A stretch of 64,000 nucleotides of DNA from Bacteroidota bacterium (lineage in GTDB: Bacteria > Pseudomonadota > Alphaproteobacteria > Rhizobiales > Hyphomicrobiaceae), in the NCBI GenBank assembly GCA_050260355.1, contig JBLNBZ010000137.1, forward strand, positions 2,456 through 66,455. The letters run 5' to 3'. The position numbers were made by a program, and so were the translations under genes. The notes below the pieces were generated by a model that ran no database searches, was not told the origin of the DNA, and saw only the letters and a program-made list of their open reading frames with translations. Positions 18,494 through 27,067 of the stretch are shown here, piece after piece. How positions within the stretch are numbered: position 1 is the first letter of the stretch; every line of letters begins with the position of its first letter.

Positions 18494-18887
18494 GCGAGCT
18501 ATCTGCAACTGTTGCGTTGCAACCTCACTAGCCCGCGAAGCTCCGCGCCGACCGAGTAAGTCCTTACGAATCGTAAACGAACTTGCTATCAGCGAACCTG
18601 AGGGGGAAGTATGACTGTCCTGCGTCGCGCGTTCGCGTGGCCTCGAGCTTTCTGTGCATAACTGCTTCATCAAGCGGCGATGGGCAAAGTGCATAAGTCG
18701 CTCCCGGCCAGCTCGATCTGAGATTGCGCTCGCCGACGGCCGCTCAACCGGACGCGAGAGATAGGCCAGTGCCCGCCCGTTCGGCCGGCACCCTAGCATC
18801 TGCAACCTCAGAACAGCCCTGCTCAGCGTGAGTCGATATGCCGGCTTGCGGATCCGCTGCATGCCGGCCCCACGACAGGGGGCAAAA

Positions 18888-20111
18888 ATGATGAAGCATG
18901 TACTGGGGGTGCTAGGCGTCATCGCCGCAAGCGTGCTGCTTGCCGTGTCGGCGGCGATGAACTGGCGCTTCGGCTTCAGCCTCGGCAAGACCGGGCTGGA
19001 TGGGCAGATCTACGGGGCAGCGAGTGCCGCCGCGGACTGCTTCAAGGCGCTTGTTCCGTTCTTCTTCTTCGCCGCTATACGCAATCGGATGTGGTCGCAG
19101 GCTGCCGCTTCCGCGGTCGTCTGGGTCGTGGTCATGGCCTACTCGATGACCTCGGCGCTCGGCCATGCCGCGCTGAACCGGCTCGACACGTCGGGACAGC
19201 GCGCGGTGCAGGCCGCCAACTACCACGATCTCCGCACTGACCTGAAACGGGCCGAGGACCAGGCGAGCTGGATTCCCCAGCATCGTCCGGCTCAGACCGT
19301 GCAGGCTGAGATCGATAATCTGAAGAACCAGCGCGCCTGGAGCTTCAGCAAGGGCTGTACCGATGTGACCGGTCCCCAGGGCCGCGAGTTCTGCAAGCAG
19401 TACCACGGGCTGTCCGCAGAGCTGGCGTCCGCCCAGCAGGCCGCCGCCCTTGAGGCTCGGATTGCCGAGCTCAGAGCGCAGCTCAGCCGGAACGAGGGCG
19501 GGACCGTGATGTCGGAGGCCGATCCGCAGGCAGCGGTGTTGGCCAAGCTCGTTGCCATCCTGCTGCCGGGCACCAAGGTCGCCGACGTGCAGACTGCACT
19601 GACGATCTTCGTCGCCTTGCTGCTCGAGGTTGGCTCGGGCTTCGGCATGTACGTGGCCTTTGCCTACTGGAACCTCGGCGACCGGCGCACTCCGGCGGTA
19701 CCCGAGATCATCCCGTCGGTGGCGGTGGCTGCTGTCCAGCCTGCCGCGGCACTCGTCGTCGAGGCGAAGAAGCCGCAGGCCGGGGCCAACGACAACCGGT
19801 CCTTGCCGGTGCGCACGCAGAAGCTGGTGGCACCCGAGGATGACGTTCAGCGCTTCTACAAGGAGAGAATCGAGACCACGGACGGTTCGAGCATCACCGC
19901 AACTGCTCTCTACGAAGACTACTGCACATGGTGCGAGGAGCAGGAGAAGGAGCCTCTGGCACTGCCAACGTTCGGCCGTGAGTTCGGAGAGCTCGGAATT
20001 CAGAAAGCCAAAATTGCAGGACGGGTTCGCTACATGGGTATAGCGCTCAAGTCTGGCCTGGAGCACGAGGAGGATAAGAAAACGCCGGCCACAATGGAGA
20101 AAGCAGCTTAG
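18888..20111 (+). CDS. orphan membrane protein: 3 TM + coiled-coil segment + 1 TM + C-terminal winged-helix-like module
   Basis: ATG 18888 follows a GGGGG run. Hydrophobic helices at about aa 5-24, 41-64, 71-96 and 236-261. The Q/A/L/E-rich segment aa 97-235 has two Cys. The C-terminus ITATALYEDYCTWCEEQEKEPLALPTFGREFGELGI..GRVRYMGIAL recalls the small domain at the end of phage/plasmid primase-helicases. Confidence 0.75.
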   Translation: MMKHVLGVLGVIAASVLLAVSAAMNWRFGFSLGKTGLDGQIYGAASAAADCFKALVPFFFFAAIRNRMWSQAAASAVVWVVVMAYSMTSALGHAALNRLDTSGQRAVQAANYHDLRTDLKRAEDQASWIPQHRPAQTVQAEIDNLKNQRAWSFSKGCTDVTGPQGREFCKQYHGLSAELASAQQAAALEARIAELRAQLSRNEGGTVMSEADPQAAVLAKLVAILLPGTKVADVQTALTIFVALLLEVGSGFGMYVAFAYWNLGDRRTPAVPEIIPSVAVAAVQPAAALVVEAKKPQAGANDNRSLPVRTQKLVAPEDDVQRFYKERIETTDGSSITATALYEDYCTWCEEQEKEPLALPTFGREFGELGIQKAKIAGRVRYMGIALKSGLEHEEDKKTPATMEKAA

Positions 20112-20151
20112 CTGCCAAAGGCAGCTAGCTGCAGCCGGATATCGGAAGGAG

Positions 20152-20181
20152 AGGGCCGCGCGAGCGGCCTTCTTCTTTTTT
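20152..20181 (+). terminator. Rho-independent terminator
   Basis: GGCCGC-GCGA-GCGGCC stem-loop (20154-20169) followed by TTCTTCTTTTTT, 40 nt after the stop of the 18888..20111 gene. Confidence 0.7.
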
Positions 20182-20346
20182 GGGGGAGCCTTTCCAAGAA
20201 GTCATCGCGGGCTTCATGCTTTGACCCGTCCGACAGCAAGTGGATAGCGGAGTTGCCGGAGTGCGCCTCGGCTTTCCCCTTGATCGCGCGGCGCGCCAAA
20301 GGCCACACTGGCCCTCCTCACAGCAAAAGGACGAGGGACGCATCGC

Positions 20347-21072
20347 ATGGCGGCAGTGCTCGACATCATCCGGCGCGAGACCAAGGCTCTGGTCTTCGAT
20401 CTTTACGGCACCGTCGTCGATATGCAGTCCGGCCTCACTGAGGCTGTGACGCCGTTCCTCGCCAAGAAGGGCTGGACCGGCAAGCCGTCGAGCTTTGTCA
20501 CCTGGTGGCGGCACACCCACTTCGAGGACAGCATGATCGACGCGCTCCTCGACCGCGGCCACACACCTTATCGCCAGATCGGCCACCGCGCCGTGTCCCA
20601 GGTGATGGACCGCTGCCGCATCGAGCACACGCAAGCGGAGGTCGAGTGGCTGGTGTCCCAGATCGAGCGGCTGAAGCCCTTCCCCGATGTGGTTGCGGCG
20701 CTCGAGCGCCTGCACACCCGCTACAAGCTCGTCATCCTGTCGAACGGCGACCGCGACATGCTGGAGGCGGCGCGACCGCACATCGGCTTTGCCTTCGACC
20801 GCATCATCTCCGTGCAGGAGGCCGGCTACTTCAAGCCGCATTTCAAGACCTATGCGACGGCCGAGGCGATCATCTCCGCGCAGTGGCCGCATATCGAGCG
20901 CACGAGCTGCCTGTTCGTCGCCAATCATGCCTTCGACTGCATCGGTTCCAAGTCGCACGGCTTCCGCACGGCCTTCGTCGATCGCCGCAAGCGTCCGTTC
21001 GGCCAGTCGCCGCTTCAGCCGGATTTGATGGTGGCCGATTTCAAGTCGCTGGCGGAAGCCCTGGTGCCGTGA
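20347..21072 (+). CDS. haloacid dehalogenase type II (HAD superfamily)
   Basis: FDLYGTVVD nucleophile motif, LSNGD, YFKP, and a length typical of L-2-haloacid dehalogenases. Confidence 0.85.
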   Translation: MAAVLDIIRRETKALVFDLYGTVVDMQSGLTEAVTPFLAKKGWTGKPSSFVTWWRHTHFEDSMIDALLDRGHTPYRQIGHRAVSQVMDRCRIEHTQAEVEWLVSQIERLKPFPDVVAALERLHTRYKLVILSNGDRDMLEAARPHIGFAFDRIISVQEAGYFKPHFKTYATAEAIISAQWPHIERTSCLFVANHAFDCIGSKSHGFRTAFVDRRKRPFGQSPLQPDLMVADFKSLAEALVP

Positions 21073-21105
21073 GCGGCAACCGCAACTCGTAGATCGAGGA
21101 GACCG

Positions 21106-22245
21106 ATGGCCCAGCTTCCCCCAGCCACCCCTGGCATGGCCTATGCCGACATCGACACGCCGGCGCTCGTCATCGACCTCGACGCCTTCGAGCGCAACCT
21201 GAAGCGCATGGCCGATGCCGTCGCCAAGGCGGGCGTGCGGCTCAGGCCCCATGCCAAGACGCACAAGTCGCCCATCATCGGCTTGAAGCAGATGGCGCTG
21301 GGCGCCGTCGGCGTGTGCTGCCAGAAGGTGTCGGAAGCCGAGGCCATGGTGTTGGGCGGCGTGCCCGACGTCTATGTCTCCAACGAGGTCGTGGGCCAGC
21401 GTAAGCTCGACCGCCTGGCCGCGCTGGCGCGGCAGGCCCGCGTCATGGTCGCCGCCGACAACGAGGCGGCCATCGAGGGGCTCGCCGCTGCCGCCACGCG
21501 CGCGGGCGTGAAGCTCCGCGTCCTCGTCGAGATCAACGTCGGCGCCAACCGCTGCGGCGTGGAGCCGGGTGAGCCAGCCGTAGCGCTGGCGCAGCAGATT
21601 GCCAGGCAGAAGAGCCTGCACTTCGCCGGTCTGCAGGCCTACCAGGGCCGCGCCCAGCACCTGCGAACCGTCGAGGAGCGCAGGGCCGCCATTGCGGATG
21701 CGGTAGAGAGGTCACGCCGCACCGTCGACCTGCTGAAACGCTCCGGCCTGGAATGCGAGGTCGTCGGCGGAGCCGGCACCGGCACCTACGACCTGGAAGC
21801 CGCCAGCGGCGTCTACAACGAGCTGCAGGCCGGCTCCTACATCTTCATGGACGCCGACTACGCCCGCAACAAGAAGGCTGACGGCAGCCGCTACGACACG
21901 TTCGAGCATGCGCTGTTCGTGCTCGCGACCGTCATGAGCACGCCGGTTGCCGAGCGTGCCGTCATCGACGCGGGCCTGAAGTCGTTCTCATTCGACTGCG
22001 GCGTTCCAGAGGTGTCCGGCCTCGCCGGCGCCGTCTACGAGCGGCCATCGGACGAGCACGGCAATCTCAATCTCGCCGCCTGCAACGAGCGGCCGCGCCT
22101 CGGCGACAAGATCCTGCTCATTCCCGGCCACTGCGACCCGACCGTCAACCTGCACGACTGGTACATCGGCGTGCGTGGCCTGGGCACACCGGGCGCACGC
22201 GTCGAGAGCGTGTGGCCGGTCGCTGCCCGTGGCGCTGTGTTCTAG
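21106..22245 (+). CDS. DSD1-family PLP enzyme (D-serine dehydratase / D-threonine aldolase-like, alanine-racemase N-domain fold)
   Basis: DTPALVIDLDAFERNL...RPHAKTHKSP (PLP lysine) ...GHCDPTVNLHDW is characteristic. Confidence 0.85.
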   Translation: MAQLPPATPGMAYADIDTPALVIDLDAFERNLKRMADAVAKAGVRLRPHAKTHKSPIIGLKQMALGAVGVCCQKVSEAEAMVLGGVPDVYVSNEVVGQRKLDRLAALARQARVMVAADNEAAIEGLAAAATRAGVKLRVLVEINVGANRCGVEPGEPAVALAQQIARQKSLHFAGLQAYQGRAQHLRTVEERRAAIADAVERSRRTVDLLKRSGLECEVVGGAGTGTYDLEAASGVYNELQAGSYIFMDADYARNKKADGSRYDTFEHALFVLATVMSTPVAERAVIDAGLKSFSFDCGVPEVSGLAGAVYERPSDEHGNLNLAACNERPRLGDKILLIPGHCDPTVNLHDWYIGVRGLGTPGARVESVWPVAARGAVF

Positions 22246-22252
22246 CGGCGCA

Positions 22253-22444
22253 CTACACGCGCTCCGGTTTGCGCTGGGCCTCGGCAAACCATGGCGACGG
22301 CTTGAGCTTCAAATGATAAGGCTTGGCGCGCTCGTCCCGCGCGTAAGCCGCCATCAAGCGATTGAGCTGGTCGGCCTTTTGTTTGGCCTCCTCATAGGTG
22401 GCGTGCTCGCTGATTGGCACGTTCCCTCTGTGCACGACGTACAT
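22253..22444 (-). CDS. small hypothetical protein (63 aa)
   Basis: MYVVHRGNVPISEHATYEEAKQKADQLNRLMAAYARDE... Start taken at the internal Met. No family recognised; composition slightly AT-richer. Confidence 0.45.
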   Translation of the reverse strand: MYVVHRGNVPISEHATYEEAKQKADQLNRLMAAYARDERAKPYHLKLKPSPWFAEAQRKPERV

Positions 22445-22665
22445 CGGCCCGCTCCTTGTACGTTTCTGACGGCGGGCAATCTGCATGTGAATGTGGCGGA
22501 GATAGAGCCTCGATTCGAAATGGTTGTGGCAAATTGCTTCGAGCCCACAACTGCGTGTCCTCGCGCGCTCGCCAGCCCAAACGGAACTCTGCTGGCTTTT
22601 CGGTCGATGGACGGCGGGAACCCCTTCTCTTGCTTCACGTTACCTCGGCAACAGAGGAGGTCGCG

Positions 22666-22899
22666 ATGGCTATCAATCGTGAAGACGGCAGGATGGTCGC
22701 CGGCAACACGGTGCTGAGCGTCGTTTTTGTCGCAGCGGTCATCGTCGGCGTCCTTGCGCTGGGGGCGTGGTACTTCAACCACGTGGAGGTCGGCTCGCTC
22801 AGGGATGCGTCGCAAGCGCCGACGACAACTCCGGTTCCGAAGGATCCGGGCACGACCGTCGTGCCGAAAGGCAGTGCAGTTCCGTCGATCAGAAACTGA
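22666..22899 (+). CDS. small single-pass membrane protein (77 aa)
   Basis: ATG 22666 is preceded by GAGGAGG. TM segment VLSVVFVAAVIVGVLALGAWYF is followed by a Pro/Thr-rich tail. Confidence 0.55.
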   Translation: MAINREDGRMVAGNTVLSVVFVAAVIVGVLALGAWYFNHVEVGSLRDASQAPTTTPVPKDPGTTVVPKGSAVPSIRN

Positions 22900-23069
22900 G
22901 CTCACGCCTGCATGAGCATGTCTTGCGACTGGGTGCCCCGCGGCACCCTTTTTCGCGCCTCCTCCCTCGGACTCCCGACACGTTTCGCTCAGCATCGAAT
23001 TGCCAATGCGTGCGAGCCCTGGCACACCGTCCTCCGGATTGACGCCAGAGCCATGCCCGGAGCGACCAT

Positions 23070-24365
23070 TTGACCAGCTCTCCACCCTTGCGCGCTGCCG
23101 CGGTGCTGATCGCGATGCTGTCGGCGACGACGATCCTGTCGCAGTTTTTCCGCTCGTCGACGAATGTCATCGCCCCCGAGCTGATCCGCGATCTGTCTCT
23201 GACCTCGGAGGCGCTCGGTCTTGCCAACTCCGCATTCTTTCTGGCCCTGCTGGCAGTCCAGGTGCCGGTCGGCATCCTATTCGACCGCATCGGCCCTCGC
23301 TTGACGGTTGCTGGATTAGCGGTTCTTTCGGTCGTTGGGGCCTTGATGCACGCGGTGGTCGCGTCGGGCGCCGGACTGACCGTTGCCCGGTTCCTGCTCG
23401 GTCTCGGCCACGGCGGCAGCTTCATGTCCACCATCGTGCTGTGCTCGCACTGGTATCCGCGCGAGCGCTGGAGCACGGCCATGAGCTGGGTGTTCGGGCT
23501 CAGCATGCTGGGCGTGGTCCTGGCAGGTACGCCACTGGCGCTCGCCAGCGAAACTGTCGGCTGGCGGTCGGCCTTCGTCGGCATGGCCGTCGTTTCCGCG
23601 CTTGTCGGCCTCATGTTTTTCGCTCTCGTGCGTGACGATCCGCCCGGCCACGTGCAGGTTGCGCGCCGGCACGAGACCGCGCGCGAAGCCCTCACCGGTT
23701 TCATCGAGATCCTGCGCCTGCCGGGCATCCTGCGCGTGCTTGGGCTGCAGTTGGTCGCCTATTCGGTGATGGCCGCCATCATGGGACTGTGGGCGGGCCC
23801 CTATCTGCACGACGTGCACGGACTCGACGCGGTGCCGCGCGGCAACGTGCTGATCGCCATGGCGGTCGCGCAGACGGTCGGTGTGCTCGCGTTCGGGCCG
23901 CTCGACCGCGCCTTCGACACGCGCAAGTGGGTGGCGGTGGCCGGCGCGGCGACCACCATCGCCATCCTGCTTGCGCTCGCCGCGCAGCCACGGCCGCCGG
24001 CGTGGCTTGCTGTCAGCCTGCTCGTCGCGCTCTGTGCCGCCTCGGCTTATGGCGTGCACGTGGTGACGCACGCGCGCACGTTCTACCCGCCGCGGCTGGT
24101 GGGACGCGGCGCCACGACGGCCAATATGGCGCAGTTGATCGGTTGCGCGCTGCTCCCGATCGGCACCGGCTTCATCCCGCCGCTTTTCCCGATCACCGCC
24201 GCCGGATATTCACCGGTCGCCTACCAGCTCATTTTTGCTACCATTGCTGCCGTGCTGGCGGCCGGATTGGCGGTATATCTCACCGCTGCCGACGCCAGGC
24301 CGAGCGCCCAGTTGCCGGCAGCCGCCGAGACCCGCACCAGAGTGCCGGAGGGCGGCACGAGCTGA
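23070..24365 (+). CDS. MFS transporter
   Basis: Twelve-helix hydropathy and the loop motif GILFDRIGPR. TTG start at 23070 as given in the ORF track; the exact start is uncertain. Confidence 0.85.
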   Translation: MTSSPPLRAAAVLIAMLSATTILSQFFRSSTNVIAPELIRDLSLTSEALGLANSAFFLALLAVQVPVGILFDRIGPRLTVAGLAVLSVVGALMHAVVASGAGLTVARFLLGLGHGGSFMSTIVLCSHWYPRERWSTAMSWVFGLSMLGVVLAGTPLALASETVGWRSAFVGMAVVSALVGLMFFALVRDDPPGHVQVARRHETAREALTGFIEILRLPGILRVLGLQLVAYSVMAAIMGLWAGPYLHDVHGLDAVPRGNVLIAMAVAQTVGVLAFGPLDRAFDTRKWVAVAGAATTIAILLALAAQPRPPAWLAVSLLVALCAASAYGVHVVTHARTFYPPRLVGRGATTANMAQLIGCALLPIGTGFIPPLFPITAAGYSPVAYQLIFATIAAVLAAGLAVYLTAADARPSAQLPAAAETRTRVPEGGTS

Positions 24366-24381
24366 GCGTCACGGAGGACGA

Positions 24382-25578
24382 ATGCGAGGGGAGAGAGCGC
24401 TCATGCGCGATGCGATGACAGAGGCGAGGACACTGCCGGCCGACGGCACGCGCGGCGCCCTTGCAGGGAGGGTATGGCTTCCGCAGGTGCAGGGCCCTGC
24501 CGTAGTGGCGATCCGCGCCGACGGCGTCTACGACATCTCGCGCGCGGCTGCCACCATGCGCGATCTGTGCGAGGCGGCCGATCCCGCCAAGGTGGTGCGT
24601 GAAGCCCCTGGTGAGCAAATCGCGGTGCTTGCCGACATCCTCGCCAATACGCCGGAGGCCGATCGCGACGAGATGAAGCCCTGGCTCCTGGCGCCGATCG
24701 ACCTGCAGGCGATCAAGGCCGCCGGCGTAACCTTCGCACGTTCGATGCTGGAGCGCGTGATCGAGGAGCAGGCCAAGGGCGCGCCAGAGAAGGCCGAGGC
24801 CATCCGCGCGCAAGTGCAAGAACAGCTCGGCGGCGATCTGCGCAAGCTCAAGCCCGGCTCGCGACAGGCGCTCGAATTGAAGAAGACGCTGATCGCCGCC
24901 GGCGCCTGGTCGCAATACCTCGAGGTGGGCATCGGCGAGGACGCCGAGATCTTCACCAAGGCGCAGCCCATGTCCGCGGTCGGGCACGGCATGGAAGCCG
25001 GCCTGCACCCGCGTTCGACCTGGAACAATCCCGAGCCGGAAGTTGCGCTGCTGGTCTCCTCGGCGGGCCGCATTGTCGGTGCGACGCTCGGCAACGACGT
25101 CAACCTGCGCGATTTCGAGGGCCGCTCGGCGTTGCTGCTGTCCAAGGCCAAGGACAACAATGCCTCCGCAACTGTCGGCCCGTTCATCCGCTTCTTCGAT
25201 GCGACCTTCTCCCTCGACTCGGTGCGCCGGATGGACGTGCATCTCGACGTGACGGGGCCGGACGGCTTCAAGTTGACCGGCAAGTCCTCCATGAGCGAGA
25301 TCGCGCGCGACCCGGCCGATCTCGTCGGCGAGCTGATCGGCAAGACGCACCAGTACCCCGACGGCGCCATCCTGTACCTCGGCACCATGTTCGCACCGAC
25401 CGAGGATCGCGGCGCCAAGGGCGCGGGCTTCACGCACAAGGTCGGCGACATCGTTACGATCCACGCGCCCGAGCTCGGCGCACTGTGCAATCGCATGACC
25501 CATGCCGACAAGGCTCGCCCCTGGACCTTTGGTGTCGGCGACCTGATGCGCAATCTGTCGAAGCGCGGGCTGATCTGA
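24382..25578 (+). CDS. fumarylacetoacetate hydrolase (FAH) family protein, long form
   Basis: ATG 24382 follows GGAGGA. The FAH core is recognisable (...LLSKAKDNNASATVGPFI..., ...GDIVTI...). Confidence 0.85.
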   Translation: MRGERALMRDAMTEARTLPADGTRGALAGRVWLPQVQGPAVVAIRADGVYDISRAAATMRDLCEAADPAKVVREAPGEQIAVLADILANTPEADRDEMKPWLLAPIDLQAIKAAGVTFARSMLERVIEEQAKGAPEKAEAIRAQVQEQLGGDLRKLKPGSRQALELKKTLIAAGAWSQYLEVGIGEDAEIFTKAQPMSAVGHGMEAGLHPRSTWNNPEPEVALLVSSAGRIVGATLGNDVNLRDFEGRSALLLSKAKDNNASATVGPFIRFFDATFSLDSVRRMDVHLDVTGPDGFKLTGKSSMSEIARDPADLVGELIGKTHQYPDGAILYLGTMFAPTEDRGAKGAGFTHKVGDIVTIHAPELGALCNRMTHADKARPWTFGVGDLMRNLSKRGLI

Positions 25579-25593
25579 GCCGGAGGCTCGTCC

Positions 25594-25872
25594 ATGCTGT
25601 TTCTGGTCATCTCCACGCCGCGCCCCGAGCAGCCCTCGCACATGAAGGCCAGGCGGCATGACTATTGGCGCTGGCTCGCGCCGCTGCAGGCGAGCGGCAC
25701 CTGCAAGCATGTGTGGGCGCGCGCCGGCCGCGGCGCCGTCGTGCTGTTCGACGTCCCCGACAACGAGACGCTGCACCGCCTGCTCAACGAGTGGGCCGAG
25801 ATCATCCCGGCCCACTTCGATACCTACCCATTGATCGAAACCGACCAGGCCAAGGCCTTCCTTGCCCACTGA
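25594..25872 (+). CDS. muconolactone delta-isomerase-like small alpha+beta barrel protein
   Basis: 92 aa starting MLFLV; size and pattern resemble muconolactone isomerase-family proteins. Confidence 0.7.
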   Translation: MLFLVISTPRPEQPSHMKARRHDYWRWLAPLQASGTCKHVWARAGRGAVVLFDVPDNETLHRLLNEWAEIIPAHFDTYPLIETDQAKAFLAH

Positions 25873-25886
25873 CGAGTGGAGCCCAC

Positions 25887-26294
25887 GTGATCGAGGGCCT
25901 GAGCCACATCACCTTCATCGTGCGCGACCTGGAGCGCATGTCGCGGCTGATCCTGGATGTGCTCGGCGGCCGAGAGGTCTACGCCAGCGGCGAGGCCACA
26001 TTCTCGGTGTCGCGCGAGAAGTTCTTTGTTGCGGGAGGCTTGTGGATCGCCATCATGGAAGGCGAGCCGCTGCCGGCCCGGACCTACAACCACGTGGCCT
26101 TCAAGGTCTCCGACGAGGACCTCGCGAGCCTCGAGTCCCGCATCGTGGCGCTGGGTCTCGATATCCGCGAGTCGCGGCCGCGCGTTGAGGGCGAAGGGGC
26201 CTCGATTTATTTTTACGACTGGGACAATCATCTGTTCGAGCTGCACACCGGCACGCTCGAGAAACGCCTTGCGCGCTACGCCAAGGGCCGTTGA
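25887..26294 (+). CDS. fosX: FosX-type fosfomycin-resistance epoxide hydrolase (VOC superfamily)
   Basis: GTG 25887. (V)IEGLSHITFIVRDLERM...FSVSREKFF...YNHVAFKV...RPRVEGEGASIYFYDWDNHLFELHTGTLEKRLARYA closely follows my memory of Mesorhizobium loti FosX, including the metal ligands (H7, H69, E118 equivalents) and the SREKF general-base Glu. Confidence 0.8.
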   Translation: MIEGLSHITFIVRDLERMSRLILDVLGGREVYASGEATFSVSREKFFVAGGLWIAIMEGEPLPARTYNHVAFKVSDEDLASLESRIVALGLDIRESRPRVEGEGASIYFYDWDNHLFELHTGTLEKRLARYAKGR

Positions 26295-26308
26295 GGGCGC
26301 GTCGCGCT

Positions 26309-27067
26309 TCAGCGGATGCCGAGCCGGTATTTCGCGAGCTTCTCGTAGATCGGACGCGCCGCGTCCGCGATGCGCTGCAGCTCCGGCGGCAGTGACACGG
26401 AGCGTCGGTCTGGCGTGGCGAAGCCGGTCGACTTCAGCACGCGGTCGTACCACACCGGCGCCCACACGCCATCGCTCTTGCGGGGCCCCGCCGGCCACGC
26501 CAGCATGGCCTCGGAAAACGGAATGCCGCATGCCGCGCACAAGGCGCCGAGCGTGCCGCGTGGATCGCCAAGCACGTCGTTGCCGTCGAGCACCGGCGGC
26601 GCGCGCCCAAGGCGATCCGCGACCGCCTCGAAAATTGCCAGCTGCTGCGGAAACCCGATCTCCTCGAGCGACACGTCCGTCCACTTGCGCGCGTAGCTTG
26701 CCAGCACCTGCTCGGGCGTGCGGATGAGGAAAGCGTTCGTGACGTGCGCCACCCAGTCGCGGCGGAAAGCCGGGATCATGTGGTGCGTCATGTGCTTCTG
26801 GTAGAACACGCGCGCGTTGGGCTTGTCGGGATCGTCGAGTGGGCCGAGCAGGCGCGCGATGACCTTCTCCGGGTCGGTCTCGCCCGCAGCAATCACCTCG
26901 GCCCGCATCGGATGATCGCGCCCTGTGGCCGCCAGCTCGGCCGCGTAGAACGGCTCGTCCCAGACGACCGTATCCGGCCGGTTTTCGAACGCGCGCATCA
27001 TGGCGGTCGACACGTTGCGCGGACCCGACCACATGGCGATACGGATGATGCCGTCGGGCGGGCTCAT
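26309..27067 (-). CDS. sulfotransferase-like P-loop protein, unknown function
   Basis: From MSPPDGIIRIAMWSGPRNVSTAMMRAFENRPDTVVWDEPFYA... ATG 27067 overlaps the TGA of the upstream aminotransferase (ATGA). The tracked 354-aa ORF overextends. Confidence 0.75.
   Translation of the reverse strand: MSPPDGIIRIAMWSGPRNVSTAMMRAFENRPDTVVWDEPFYAAELAATGRDHPMRAEVIAAGETDPEKVIARLLGPLDDPDKPNARVFYQKHMTHHMIPAFRRDWVAHVTNAFLIRTPEQVLASYARKWTDVSLEEIGFPQQLAIFEAVADRLGRAPPVLDGNDVLGDPRGTLGALCAACGIPFSEAMLAWPAGPRKSDGVWAPVWYDRVLKSTGFATPDRRSVSLPPELQRIADAARPIYEKLAKYRLGIR

Noticed and set aside
18611-18661. 16-codon mini-ORF (MTVLRRAFAWPRAFCA) behind a strong GAGGGGGAAG Shine-Dalgarno-like sequence
   Set aside because: It could be a leader peptide, but a single short ORF without conservation data is not supportable.
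18251-18988. 245-aa minus-strand ORF covering the long non-coding region
   Set aside because: No start context or family similarity, an odd Ser/Arg/Ala-rich composition, and overlap with the 5' end of the 18888 gene. Treated as non-coding.
20125-21660. 511-aa ORF on the minus strand
   Set aside because: It lies antisense to two well-supported genes (HAD dehalogenase and the DSD1 enzyme). Its Arg/Gly/Ala/Leu-rich translation has no motifs. This is the typical stop-poor antisense frame of high-G+C DNA.
24280-27032. 529-, 371- and 402-aa minus-strand ORFs across the FAH-fosX region
   Set aside because: They are antisense to, or out of frame with, well-supported genes, with low-complexity translations.
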